A stretch of DNA of 64,000 nucleotides from a virus, in the IMG/VR virus record IMGVR_UViG_3300049216_000067; one strand, 5' to 3'. The notes under the pieces were generated by a model, which was given only the letters and a program-made list of their open reading frames with translations, was not told the origin of the DNA and ran no database searches. A program made the translations under genes and the position numbers. This document shows, piece by piece, positions 20,140-28,681 of this stretch (position 1 is the stretch's first letter; the number at the start of each line of letters is the position of its first letter).

Positions 20140-20147
20140 ATGAGTCT

Positions 20148-20193
20148 CCTAAATGTAATTGAATGATATTAAAAATCAGACAATTACACAAGG
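20148..20193 (-). promoter_or_regulatory. Anti-Shine-Dalgarno hairpin (candidate translational attenuator)
   Basis: CCU..UGUAAUUG..UGAU / AUCA..CAAUUACA..AGG pairs into the UAGGAG SD of the Pth2-like gene. Confidence 0.7.
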
Positions 20194-20253
20194 TGGTCCT
20201 CGTGCATAATGTAGGTTCTACGTGTCAGGAATCTTCTAGATCTTAGTAGCCAT
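20176..20253 (-). CDS. Leader peptide MATKI(UAG)KIPDT(UAG)NLHYARGPPCVIV, requiring amber readthrough
   Basis: ATG overlaps the upstream TAA (TAATG); TAG at codons 6 and 12; RGPP motif; TGA stop. Confidence 0.65.
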
Positions 20254-20564
20254 TATACATTTGCCTTTGCAACTACGGCTTCGATCTTAGCTTCTACTGC
20301 CTTGACTTCGGTTTTAACTTCACTAACAACATTAGCGACAGCGGCTTCAACCTTTTTGGCTTCACTCTTAACTTCGGCAACAACAGTATTTGCAACTGTT
20401 TCTACCTTAGCAACTTCAGTCTTGACAAGAGTGTAAATAGCACGACCAGCTTCATCAACCTTACCAGTGAATTCAGCTTCTTTTGGAAGATACCATTCTT
20501 CAATTTGAACTACGGCATCGCGTAGGCTGGTATCTAGAGATTTTACAAGTGTTACTAATGACAT
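20253..20564 (-). CDS. Hypothetical protein with Ala/Val/Glu/Lys amphipathic repeats
   Basis: True start ATG 20564 after AAGGA; the longer ORF-track start overlaps the tRNA. Confidence 0.75.
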   Translation of the reverse strand: MSLVTLVKSLDTSLRDAVVQIEEWYLPKEAEFTGKVDEAGRAIYTLVKTEVAKVETVANTVVAEVKSEAKKVEAAVANVVSEVKTEVKAVEAKIEAVVAKANV

Positions 20565-20580
20565 TTTTACTTCCTTAATT

Positions 20581-20657
20581 TGGTTCCCGTGACAGGAATC
20601 GAACCCGCGACGCATCGTTTTAGAGACGACCGCTCTTAGCCACTGAGCTACACGGGA
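20581..20657 (-). tRNA. Amber suppressor tRNA (anticodon CUA)
   Basis: Full cloverleaf with UCCCGUG/CACGGGA-ACCA; anticodon arm GUCGU-CUCUAAA-ACGAU; GGUUCGAUUCC T arm. Confidence 0.9.
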
Positions 20658-20664
20658 GAATACT

Positions 20665-20874
20665 TTATTTAGCTTCTTTCTTTGGTTGATTTGCAAGAGC
20701 TACGTAATCATCATCGATGAATCCTGAATTGCTAAACCATTGGGCCACAGTCTTACCCTTATGGTGAGCGACAACCGTATTGTTATCATTGTCTGTGGTA
20801 ACCAATACACCGTGATTGTCGGCAAGTTTACGAACTATTACGATAAATTCTTTAAGATTTGTATATGTACTCAT
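20665..20874 (-). CDS. Hypothetical protein
   Basis: Packed ORF. Confidence 0.65.
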   Translation of the reverse strand: MSTYTNLKEFIVIVRKLADNHGVLVTTDNDNNTVVAHHKGKTVAQWFSNSGFIDDDYVALANQPKKEAK

Positions 20875-21140
20875 TTTAATTTCCTATCCTTTCTATCTTT
20901 AATAACATACTCTAATTTTTGAAATGCTTGTTCCTGAACAATGGCGGCTAACAATGTACTTTGATCGACTAATGCTGTATGCCAAACCTGTACGCCACCA
21001 CCAACTTCATCACTAAAATATTCACGACCTTGGTCGCCAGTTATCCAATGTAAAGTGCAACCATTCGGCAATCTTACTTCACCAGTTTCAGGAGGTGGTG
21101 CAAACGTATCGCCAACTTTTTGATACAAGTTTTTAATCAT
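20871..21140 (-). CDS. Hypothetical protein
   Basis: Packed ORF with ATGA overlaps. Confidence 0.7.
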   Translation of the reverse strand: MIKNLYQKVGDTFAPPPETGEVRLPNGCTLHWITGDQGREYFSDEVGGGVQVWHTALVDQSTLLAAIVQEQAFQKLEYVIKDRKDRKLK

Positions 21141-21856
21141 TTCTTTTTCTCCAAAAGTTTGTTTGCTTTCCTTTCAGCTATTAGTTGTTCTTGAAACTTC
21201 ACAGGATTTTCAATGAATGCTTCAAGCCTAAGCTGACCCTTAAACGATGACTCAATAAAAACCATAGGCTGAGGATTATCCTCAATCGCCATAATAATTA
21301 CAGACTGCGCTGGCATCTCACCGTACAACTCTGCATACATTCTCGAATAGATTGAGCATTGAAGCCAATACGTTGTAATCCATTCTTCTAACTTGTCTTT
21401 ACCGCTCGTTTTCAAATCGATTGTAGACAGCACATTATCGTAATTACCTATGATGTCAGGTGTCCCTGCCAGTTTCAGACTATCAGAATAAAGACTCTTT
21501 TCGAGCAATCTGACTTCAGTAATCTTGTCTAACTTGGGTTTTATTTTTAAGAACAACCCTTTGTCCCACGGATCAGAATTCAATGAACTACGATAATTTC
21601 TTTCATCATTCATTAAATAATGATAGACAGTATTGTGTAATCTTTGTCCTCGATCAGTAGCTCTCAATGATTCACTAGCGGCTTTCTTCTCTCCTATTCT
21701 TTTCTTCCATTTATCTAGAAAACTCTTATCCCAATTGTCGGAAATAAATTTAGTGACAGACTGATAAGAATCACCATTTGGTGTAGTGTATCTGCGGCTA
21801 CCACTAGACTCATCAACAGTTACAACAGGTGCGATAACAAAGTTATGTTTGAACAT
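21137..21856 (-). CDS. PD-(D/E)XK exonuclease (Cas4-like superfamily)
   Basis: Y.SVT, RG..LH, LAGTPD...IDLKTS, Y.LQ...Y. Confidence 0.85.
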   Translation of the reverse strand: MFKHNFVIAPVVTVDESSGSRRYTTPNGDSYQSVTKFISDNWDKSFLDKWKKRIGEKKAASESLRATDRGQRLHNTVYHYLMNDERNYRSSLNSDPWDKGLFLKIKPKLDKITEVRLLEKSLYSDSLKLAGTPDIIGNYDNVLSTIDLKTSGKDKLEEWITTYWLQCSIYSRMYAELYGEMPAQSVIIMAIEDNPQPMVFIESSFKGQLRLEAFIENPVKFQEQLIAERKANKLLEKKK

Positions 21857-21858
21857 TA

Positions 21859-22014
21859 TTAGCGGATCTTCATCGTCCCGCCACGCTTACCGGTAGACTT
21901 CACAACCCTTGGCTTCTGAACCTGAACACGCTTCAAACCAGCAATAGTGATCGGTGCTGCTCTTTTGGCCTTGACCATGTTGCGAGCCTTATTGAACTGT
22001 TTGATCGTAGTCAT
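21859..22014 (-). CDS. Small very basic protein (51 aa)
   Basis: Manual: MTTIKQFNKARNMVKAKRAAPITIAGLKRVQVQKPRVVKSTGKRGGTMKIR; TAATG coupling. Confidence 0.6.
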   Translation of the reverse strand: MTTIKQFNKARNMVKAKRAAPITIAGLKRVQVQKPRVVKSTGKRGGTMKIR

Positions 22015-22421
22015 TATGAGTTAACCTTGTTCCTAACTTTTTTGATCGCTTCTTTACGAGCACTAACTGCTTTCTCGCGATGTTTCTTAACAACTTCTTT
22101 AGTCTTAATTTCTTTGATCGTTTTATTCTTCCTATAACGCTCAGCAAGAGGCGATATAGGATGAGCCTCACCGATCTTAGCTAAGACTTCTTTGAAGCCG
22201 TCAGGCTGCTTAGTTTCGAGACCATAGCCACCACCATAAGTGCGACCCTCAAAAGTCACAGCAGGGGCGGTGCCAATGTAACGTTCAAGCTCAGGATTGT
22301 TGTTAACAAAACCATCGTACTCTGACATCTTCATGTTGACTTCTACGATTGTTCCAACTGGAAACTTTTCGGTCAATTCAGGATCAGGAAGTGGAGCAAT
22401 TACCTTAAATTCGTAAATCAT
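22014..22421 (-). CDS. Conserved T4-like protein (FmdB-like regulator)
   Basis: M.MSEYD.F..NNP.L, PDGFKEVL.KI...HP. Confidence 0.65.
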   Translation of the reverse strand: MIYEFKVIAPLPDPELTEKFPVGTIVEVNMKMSEYDGFVNNNPELERYIGTAPAVTFEGRTYGGGYGLETKQPDGFKEVLAKIGEAHPISPLAERYRKNKTIKEIKTKEVVKKHREKAVSARKEAIKKVRNKVNS

Positions 22422-22618
22422 GATTCAAAATTTCTCCAAGGTGCTGTTTCTATTTGGCCACCTTCAACTAGCATGTTAAATTCTGATCTTTGCTTTTCTG
22501 TAAGCAAATCCAGAAAAAAGTTATCATTCATGAACTGGTAGGCTTCAATCTTATCTTCGAATGTACCACCCAGTTCATTATTAATGATTTGTTGTGCAAG
22601 TCGCTGTAAAAGAGCCAT
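22418..22618 (-). CDS. Hypothetical protein
   Basis: Packed ORF. Confidence 0.6.
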   Translation of the reverse strand: MALLQRLAQQIINNELGGTFEDKIEAYQFMNDNFFLDLLTEKQRSEFNMLVEGGQIETAPWRNFES

Positions 22619-22620
22619 GA

Positions 22621-23022
22621 TTAATCTGCTGAATGACCTGAAAAAGATTCCACTCCAAGAGAATCCAACGTATCAGCCATTTCTCGTTCACCGATACTTA
22701 CCGGAGCAGCACCATCTTCCAAAGGAATCAAAGTAGCTGAATTTTTGCTCACACTCTTTGCCTTGGCAATTGCAGCAGCAGAATTCTTGCGATGTTCAGA
22801 AATATTAACCTGGCTAGAATCCACCATCTGATAAGAAACAACCTTACGTCCTTCACGGATCGCAGTGATTTCAGCCTTGGCTTTCTTCAAACCGTGAATA
22901 TAGACAGGAACAGAAGGAATCTTAACCTTCAACTCTTCTGCAATTTTGGTGACCGAAACCGGTTCACCACTCTTCAAAACTTCAAACAACTTATACGTCT
23001 GCGTAGAATTACTCATAGTCAC
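22621..23022 (-). CDS. Winged HTH DNA-binding protein
   Basis: LKSGEPVSVTKIAEELKV...V.VYIHGLKK...I.A.R.GR.V.SY. Confidence 0.7.
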   Translation of the reverse strand: MTMSNSTQTYKLFEVLKSGEPVSVTKIAEELKVKIPSVPVYIHGLKKAKAEITAIREGRKVVSYQMVDSSQVNISEHRKNSAAAIAKAKSVSKNSATLIPLEDGAAPVSIGEREMADTLDSLGVESFSGHSAD

Positions 23023-23030
23023 TCCTTAAT

Positions 23031-23627
23031 TTAAATTGAATCTGGTTTACCGTTGTTCACCAGTAATTGACAAATATCATACGCACAGTCGGCAACAGGA
23101 TCGTGCTTATGTACAGTATCTTGATCCATCCACGGAACAGGAGCGTAACCATGAACGCAACCTTCTACCGTAAGATCTAGCGCGGTTCTAACATCGCGCC
23201 AATTGGAATAATGTGTGAATACTGGGTGATCAGCTGATCTACACAGACTCTCAAATACAACTTGATCCAAACCACCACGTTGCCAAAACATGACCTGAAA
23301 ATTCTTTTTCATGTCCATGCTACAACCACTGAGTGTGCGAATTTTTTCTAATCCTTCCAATAAAGGAAGATCATCAGGCTTCGGCGTAAGACTGACATCA
23401 CGTACTAATTTAGAACGCTTAGACCACCATTCTAATGTGGCTTTATCGACAGTTCTCTTATATTTGGTGATCTGTTCGCGTGCATCTAACTTGATGAAGT
23501 GAGCACGATTCAACAAATCTTTGTAAACTGGTTTTTCATCTAATGCGAATTCTATCATTGCAATTGACAAAACAGCAGCACTACTTTCAACATCCAAAGT
23601 TTCAATATCAAACATTATATGACGCAT
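23031..23627 (-). CDS. dexA: DEDD 3'-5' exonuclease (DexA-like)
   Basis: FDIETL, TLEWW, W.RG..D, WRDVRT, HDPVADC. Confidence 0.82.
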   Translation of the reverse strand: MRHIMFDIETLDVESSAAVLSIAMIEFALDEKPVYKDLLNRAHFIKLDAREQITKYKRTVDKATLEWWSKRSKLVRDVSLTPKPDDLPLLEGLEKIRTLSGCSMDMKKNFQVMFWQRGGLDQVVFESLCRSADHPVFTHYSNWRDVRTALDLTVEGCVHGYAPVPWMDQDTVHKHDPVADCAYDICQLLVNNGKPDSI

Positions 23628-23821
23628 TAAATACCCTCAGCTAATACTTCCGCTTTACCATCAAAAGTCCCACCGATATCAATTACTTTCCAAGTCTTAC
23701 CTTCATGATAGAAAATATCACCCAGTTGCATTTCCCATCTTTCAATTTCTAACTCTTCACCCATTCTAATGACTCTGACTTTGTCAGATCCATCATATTC
23801 TGCATCAGGGGTTCTGCTCAC
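23627..23821 (-). CDS. Hypothetical protein
   Basis: Packed ORF. Confidence 0.6.
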   Translation of the reverse strand: MSRTPDAEYDGSDKVRVIRMGEELEIERWEMQLGDIFYHEGKTWKVIDIGGTFDGKAEVLAEGI

Positions 23822-24402
23822 GTTGCCAAACCATGATGTCCTCGAACTGGTTTAGAGTCCAAGAATTTTTTTACATCTTCCAACAAATACAATGAATAAT
23901 CACCGGTTCCAAAAATAGGAGAATCGATGCAAACGTTAGCCACTCTACCAGCCTCAAGATGTTGTTCAGTCATGGGATTGAAACGCTCATGGATATGACC
24001 ATGGCAATGATAGGCACCATGGTGCATTTTGTTCCATTCCATAATTGGATAATGGAACAAAACGAACGTTCCGTGCGGGGTATTCAATTCCTTGTATTCC
24101 TGAACAGAAGCAAACTTCTTTTGCAACTGAACATCATTGCGGATGACCCTATCATGATTTCCGTAAATCAAATGAATGCGTCCTGTCAACTGGTTCATAA
24201 TATTCTTGGCACGCTCAGAGTCACAGAAAAAGAAGTCACCCAAGGCAAACACATCGTCCTCAGGACCTACCTGCTCTTGCCAACGACGAATCATTTTCTG
24301 ATCCATAACTTCAATGTCCGCATCCGGCCTGGTATGAGGACAGAACTTATGAATGTTCTTATGGGAAAAATGATTGTCTGATGTAAGGAATATTTTTGAC
24401 AT
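23818..24402 (-). CDS. Calcineurin-like metallophosphoesterase
   Basis: SDNHF.H, LGDF, GNHD, HYP, HGHIH. Confidence 0.9.
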   Translation of the reverse strand: MSKIFLTSDNHFSHKNIHKFCPHTRPDADIEVMDQKMIRRWQEQVGPEDDVFALGDFFFCDSERAKNIMNQLTGRIHLIYGNHDRVIRNDVQLQKKFASVQEYKELNTPHGTFVLFHYPIMEWNKMHHGAYHCHGHIHERFNPMTEQHLEAGRVANVCIDSPIFGTGDYSLYLLEDVKKFLDSKPVRGHHGLAT

Positions 24403-24926
24403 TACTGTAAACGATATACGATTGAAAGATTCTGGCGACCCACGTTAGGAGATGAAGTACCTGCGTCAGATACATGTCCGATAGCAAGACTCCATCGACT
24501 AGACAATTGATATGATATACCTAAATGGAAATTTGTGTGAGCACCATTAATAACATCAATCCTCTGTACAAAAGCCGGTCCTAGATCGGCACAGAAATCC
24601 CAACGACAAGACTGTAGTCCTAAATGCCAATCCCAATTATTTGGAACCGTTTCACTTTGAAAAGTGGTTGAACCCCAAAGTGTAGTACCAGCAATAAAAT
24701 TTAGACCCTTGTTGGGTGTGATTTCTTGCTTGTAAGTAAGTCCTAGTGTTGGACCGTAGCCTTCTGTTCCGAATGAAGATCCGGCATTGATATCAACTTC
24801 AGCCGCGTGTGCAGGGCGATACAATAAAAATGCTAACAAGGCTATGAATAGAAGGATACCAATCGTTGCAGCTGTACCGTTGCCTACCAATCGACGTACA
24901 TAAGACCAAATGCTACTTAGATTCAT
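24402..24926 (-). CDS. PagL-like outer-membrane beta-barrel (lipid A 3-O-deacylase family)
   Basis: Signal peptide ending AHA-A, amphipathic beta strands, C-terminal HVSDAG...PNVG matching the PagL H-x-S-N-A-G...PN.G motif. Confidence 0.7.
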   Translation of the reverse strand: MNLSSIWSYVRRLVGNGTAATIGILLFIALLAFLLYRPAHAAEVDINAGSSFGTEGYGPTLGLTYKQEITPNKGLNFIAGTTLWGSTTFQSETVPNNWDWHLGLQSCRWDFCADLGPAFVQRIDVINGAHTNFHLGISYQLSSRWSLAIGHVSDAGTSSPNVGRQNLSIVYRLQ

Positions 24927-24990
24927 AATTGTCACCAGTTATTTAACACTGAATGAAATATTACATTAATTCTTAATTAATAGCAATGGT

Positions 24991-25176
24991 TTAAGAGACT
25001 TCTTCCACAGTAATTCTGGTGTTAGCCCATACGTGAGCCTCGGTCTTTTCACCAGGTTTCAAGATGGCAATTACATCATAGGTCGGAGTGCCGTTATAGG
25101 CACGCTTAAGAACCACATCATGAATATCTGAGCCGGTATTGCTCGATTCATTGCTAACGATAACTTTAGTTGTCAT
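24991..25176 (-). CDS. Hypothetical protein
   Basis: Packed ORF. Confidence 0.6.
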   Translation of the reverse strand: MTTKVIVSNESSNTGSDIHDVVLKRAYNGTPTYDVIAILKPGEKTEAHVWANTRITVEEVS

Positions 25177-26239
25177 TATTAAAATTCCTTAACCAAACTT
25201 TGGTAGATTTCTTGGAATAAGCCTTCAAACCGCGACGGTTTAGACATACGTCGGCATCCTTGTGACGCCAAACAGTCTTCATTTTACTAAAGATGTCATC
25301 AGAACTTGTAGGATCGGCGTAATAGGGGAATGCCCAGGCGATCTCACTAGAGACGACCATCGGTACCCCACAGGCAACAAAGTCGGCTGCAACGATGTTA
25401 AAGGTCTCCGTAAAGGACACCTGAAGGCCCATGTCCATGTCCTTAATGATTTCGATGAACTTGTGATGAGGCGTCCACTGGTGGCAAATAAGCTTATGCC
25501 CTTTATCTTTAAGAGATTCAAATAGATCCACGATGTTGTGATAAACGGGATCACCTTTGTTCTCTATGCGTCCGACATTAATATGAAAATGTAGTTTCTT
25601 ACCTAAGCTATCAGCAAACTTCAAAGCGGCGACTGCTTGAATAAGCTGGTTCTTCAATGGTCGAATAGCACCAAAGCAACCCACATCAACATGTTCCCTA
25701 TCCTTTAAGGGTGTCCTTTCCTTAGGAGTCAATTCTTTCGGCATGTAATAGTTGGGTGTATAGAAAACCTTCTCACGCAATTCTTCTTCGGTCCAATCAT
25801 TCTCTTCGTTAAGTATAAAAGAAATCTCATTAAGCATCCTTAATGAATTGGCTGATACGCTGACATTTTTATGTTTGACGTAGGCGCTGATCCATTTCAT
25901 GGCAATACCTTCGTTTGCCATGAATGGTAATTCACTGTGAAGTCTGATATTCCAGTTGACGGTCGGATGAAGCTTTGAAAGAATTTCGAATTTCTCAGGG
26001 ACGACCCAGAGGGCTTCTATGATTACATCTGTCGGTCTAAATTTGGTTACTTCTCGATCAATGCAATTGTTATCGATGACTTCAACCAATTTCGCTTCAA
26101 CACCGTTTTCGTTAAGCATCTCGACCACTAGGCGAGCAGAATTCCACAATCCTGTTGAGACACCTTTCTGAGAATAGGACTCGTGGTCGGAATAATCTTC
26201 ACGACGTTTCACGATAAAAAGTAGGCGAGGTTTTGACAT
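25166..26239 (-). CDS. GT-B (GT4-like) glycosyltransferase
   Basis: GCFGAIRPLKNQL, QVSFTETFNIVAAD...GVP.V.S. Confidence 0.8.
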   Translation of the reverse strand: MSKPRLLFIVKRREDYSDHESYSQKGVSTGLWNSARLVVEMLNENGVEAKLVEVIDNNCIDREVTKFRPTDVIIEALWVVPEKFEILSKLHPTVNWNIRLHSELPFMANEGIAMKWISAYVKHKNVSVSANSLRMLNEISFILNEENDWTEEELREKVFYTPNYYMPKELTPKERTPLKDREHVDVGCFGAIRPLKNQLIQAVAALKFADSLGKKLHFHINVGRIENKGDPVYHNIVDLFESLKDKGHKLICHQWTPHHKFIEIIKDMDMGLQVSFTETFNIVAADFVACGVPMVVSSEIAWAFPYYADPTSSDDIFSKMKTVWRHKDADVCLNRRGLKAYSKKSTKVWLRNFNNDN

Positions 26240-26286
26240 GTAGAGACTCCATAATGTTACCCATTATTTAGTCTCCACACGAATTT

Positions 26287-27768
26287 CTAGCGCCGAATAT
26301 TCGCTCTAATTTGTCCTACATTCCACTTTTTGTAGAAACTACCGTTGCGCCACACCAAAGCCAACGCATCATGTTTCTCAAACCAACTCTGTTCGGCTCT
26401 CGTCAACTCGTCTCGGGCATGGAACGGTTCAAGCTTACCATCACCTAAAATCACAATGCGACCCTTGGCACTCTTTTTCACACCACTATCAGTCTTTGGA
26501 TCTTTGAACAACATGTGTTCAACACCATCAACGCGAGCCGCTGTGGCTTTCATGGCAAAACCATAGGTATCTCGCGTGTTGTATTCGTAAAAATAAGAAC
26601 CCAAACCCAAAACAACGTTTGTGCTGGCAAAACCTTTTGCGGCCAAACGCTGGAAGATTTCTTGAGCACGGTCGTAGGTAATGCTGTCACCATAGATCGC
26701 ACCAATGTGTGAATCGAGCACTTTGTAACCTTTCTCGTTCACTGTGCCGCCGAAAATATCCCATAATGCTTCTACGACACCTTTACGGATCAACTCGTCG
26801 CGAGAATTCGTACCCTTGTGATTTGGATTGCCACAAAGAATGTCCACAGGATCGCCGCTGTCAGGACGAATAACAGTCTTTCCATCACGAGCCATGATCT
26901 TACCTTTCAATTTTGGAAGGATTGAACCAATGACTTGCCACAAATCCCAAGTATCACTAACAATGCTGACAATGCCTGAAGGATATAAATCTAAAAGACG
27001 ATTATATGTTTCAAACTCATCTTTTTCACCACCGGCACACATCACAGAATGTTCAGTTGCTGGAACGCTCATTCCGAGTAAAGCTTCTTGATTTCCAGAA
27101 TAATACTTTTCAAGCAATTCAATTGCCGGAAGAGTATCTGTTCCAGTGAAAGATAACAAATGACCAGCACCGCTCAACGCTGCATCCTCGATACCGCTCA
27201 TGCCACGAAAACTAAAATCATGACCTTGCCAATCGACAAAGCTAAGATCACCACCCGTGTTACGAGCATAGTTCTCAAACATTGCACGCATACGATGTGC
27301 GTGAGTAGCACTTGTGCAACCTTTCCAAATCAGATTCGAAAGCATAGATTCAAAATAGTTTGTGACCCATGCAAAATCTTCATGAGTACTTTCAACAGTA
27401 AACATCGGGCAACGAAGAGGAACACGAGTACCTTCAGGAACTGCTCTGAATTCCAATGGAATATACCCTAAAGAGTGTAGATCAGCGATGTGCTGTACAC
27501 CGATTGAATTTGGTCCAAAATAACCATTCAAACGTTTCTGATACTTATCAGTAACCTCGGCCTTACGAAGTTCAAAAAATGTTTTAATTGCTCGATCAAC
27601 AAAATATTCTTTAAGAACATATTGAAGACCAAAGAAAGCCACCCTATCAACCCCTGAAATACGTGTAGCGCGTGGCGTCCAATTCGAATACACGCTTTGT
27701 GTTTTGTTGGGGTATTGGCGACGATGATCCAGCTTGTAGCCATCCACCAGGGTAATAAAATCAAACAT
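26287..27768 (-). CDS. Nicotinamide phosphoribosyltransferase homolog (NadV/Namat-like)
   Basis: DGYK..H..QYP, HDFS.RG, SVPATEHSVM, SIVSDTWD, RPDSGDP, YGDSIT, RDT.GFAMKAT, KKSAKG. Confidence 0.93.
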   Translation of the reverse strand: MFDFITLVDGYKLDHRRQYPNKTQSVYSNWTPRATRISGVDRVAFFGLQYVLKEYFVDRAIKTFFELRKAEVTDKYQKRLNGYFGPNSIGVQHIADLHSLGYIPLEFRAVPEGTRVPLRCPMFTVESTHEDFAWVTNYFESMLSNLIWKGCTSATHAHRMRAMFENYARNTGGDLSFVDWQGHDFSFRGMSGIEDAALSGAGHLLSFTGTDTLPAIELLEKYYSGNQEALLGMSVPATEHSVMCAGGEKDEFETYNRLLDLYPSGIVSIVSDTWDLWQVIGSILPKLKGKIMARDGKTVIRPDSGDPVDILCGNPNHKGTNSRDELIRKGVVEALWDIFGGTVNEKGYKVLDSHIGAIYGDSITYDRAQEIFQRLAAKGFASTNVVLGLGSYFYEYNTRDTYGFAMKATAARVDGVEHMLFKDPKTDSGVKKSAKGRIVILGDGKLEPFHARDELTRAEQSWFEKHDALALVWRNGSFYKKWNVGQIRANIRR

Positions 27769-28639
27769 TTTTGTATTCCTCCGTTGTTCGTGCTTCTTCT
27801 AGAATTTCATCAATAATCGGCTGAAGCGAAACGACATGCAAACGTGGGTCATGATACGGATTCGCTGGCATGTGACTGAAGCTGTCTGTCGTGTAGATGT
27901 GTTTGATTGTCGGACTAATGTTATTCAAACCGCGAGAGAAAATACCGTGAGACACCCACAATGATAGGGTACTGCTCACAGCATAAGGGTTTTTCTCAAA
28001 CTCCTGAGCCAGCAAGTTAAATGTACCACCACCATCGCAAATGTCATCGACAATCAGGTAATGTGCCGCTTCTGGTAACTGTGGCATTGTGAATCCTTCG
28101 AACTTGCCTGTAGCAAAGTCACGCTTCTTTTCACACTGAATCAACTCATAGCTTGAGCTAAACACGCTATCAAAATCTTCAGCACGAGCCTTGGCCCCTT
28201 TATCCGGAATGATAATTCGCGGTGTTCGTGGAAATAGATCTTTAATCGGAAGATCAGAAGGCATAAAATTATGATATACAGAATGCTGAGTATGCTCTGA
28301 ATGCACATCAAACGTGTAGATACGATCTGTTTCATTGTAGAACATATCGATCATTATGTTGGTTGTCAAAGGAGTACAGCCATCGCTTCGATCCTGTCGG
28401 GCACCGGGAAAATATGGACAAAACAACCAAATATTATGGTATACACCATTCTTACGAGATTGGCAATTGAGAGCATTCAAAACGCAAAGGGCCAAACCTA
28501 CGTCGTTCCAGGTACGCGCCTTAAGATACAAAAGGGCTGGGCCGAAATCTTCTGGAATTCGGGCATGTGGTTCACCGCCAGGGAAAAAGAATGTCTCGAT
28601 TCCGCTGGCCTTGTAATTGTCACTATCGATGACTTTCAT
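27761..28639 (-). CDS. PRPP synthetase homolog (Adps-like)
   Basis: FPGGE, PYFPGARQDR, DVHS, PDKGA, IVDDICDGGGTF, HGIFS. Confidence 0.92.
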   Translation of the reverse strand: MKVIDSDNYKASGIETFFFPGGEPHARIPEDFGPALLYLKARTWNDVGLALCVLNALNCQSRKNGVYHNIWLFCPYFPGARQDRSDGCTPLTTNIMIDMFYNETDRIYTFDVHSEHTQHSVYHNFMPSDLPIKDLFPRTPRIIIPDKGAKARAEDFDSVFSSSYELIQCEKKRDFATGKFEGFTMPQLPEAAHYLIVDDICDGGGTFNLLAQEFEKNPYAVSSTLSLWVSHGIFSRGLNNISPTIKHIYTTDSFSHMPANPYHDPRLHVVSLQPIIDEILEEARTTEEYKNV

Positions 28640-28681
28640 GATAACTCCAAAATATAATAATACCGCTTTAATAGTAATTTC

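Noticed and set aside
20581-20657. Pyrrolysine tRNA interpretation of the CUA tRNA
   Set aside because: It has a canonical D loop, a 5-bp anticodon stem, a UUC T loop and A73, unlike tRNA-Pyl. No pyl genes are present.
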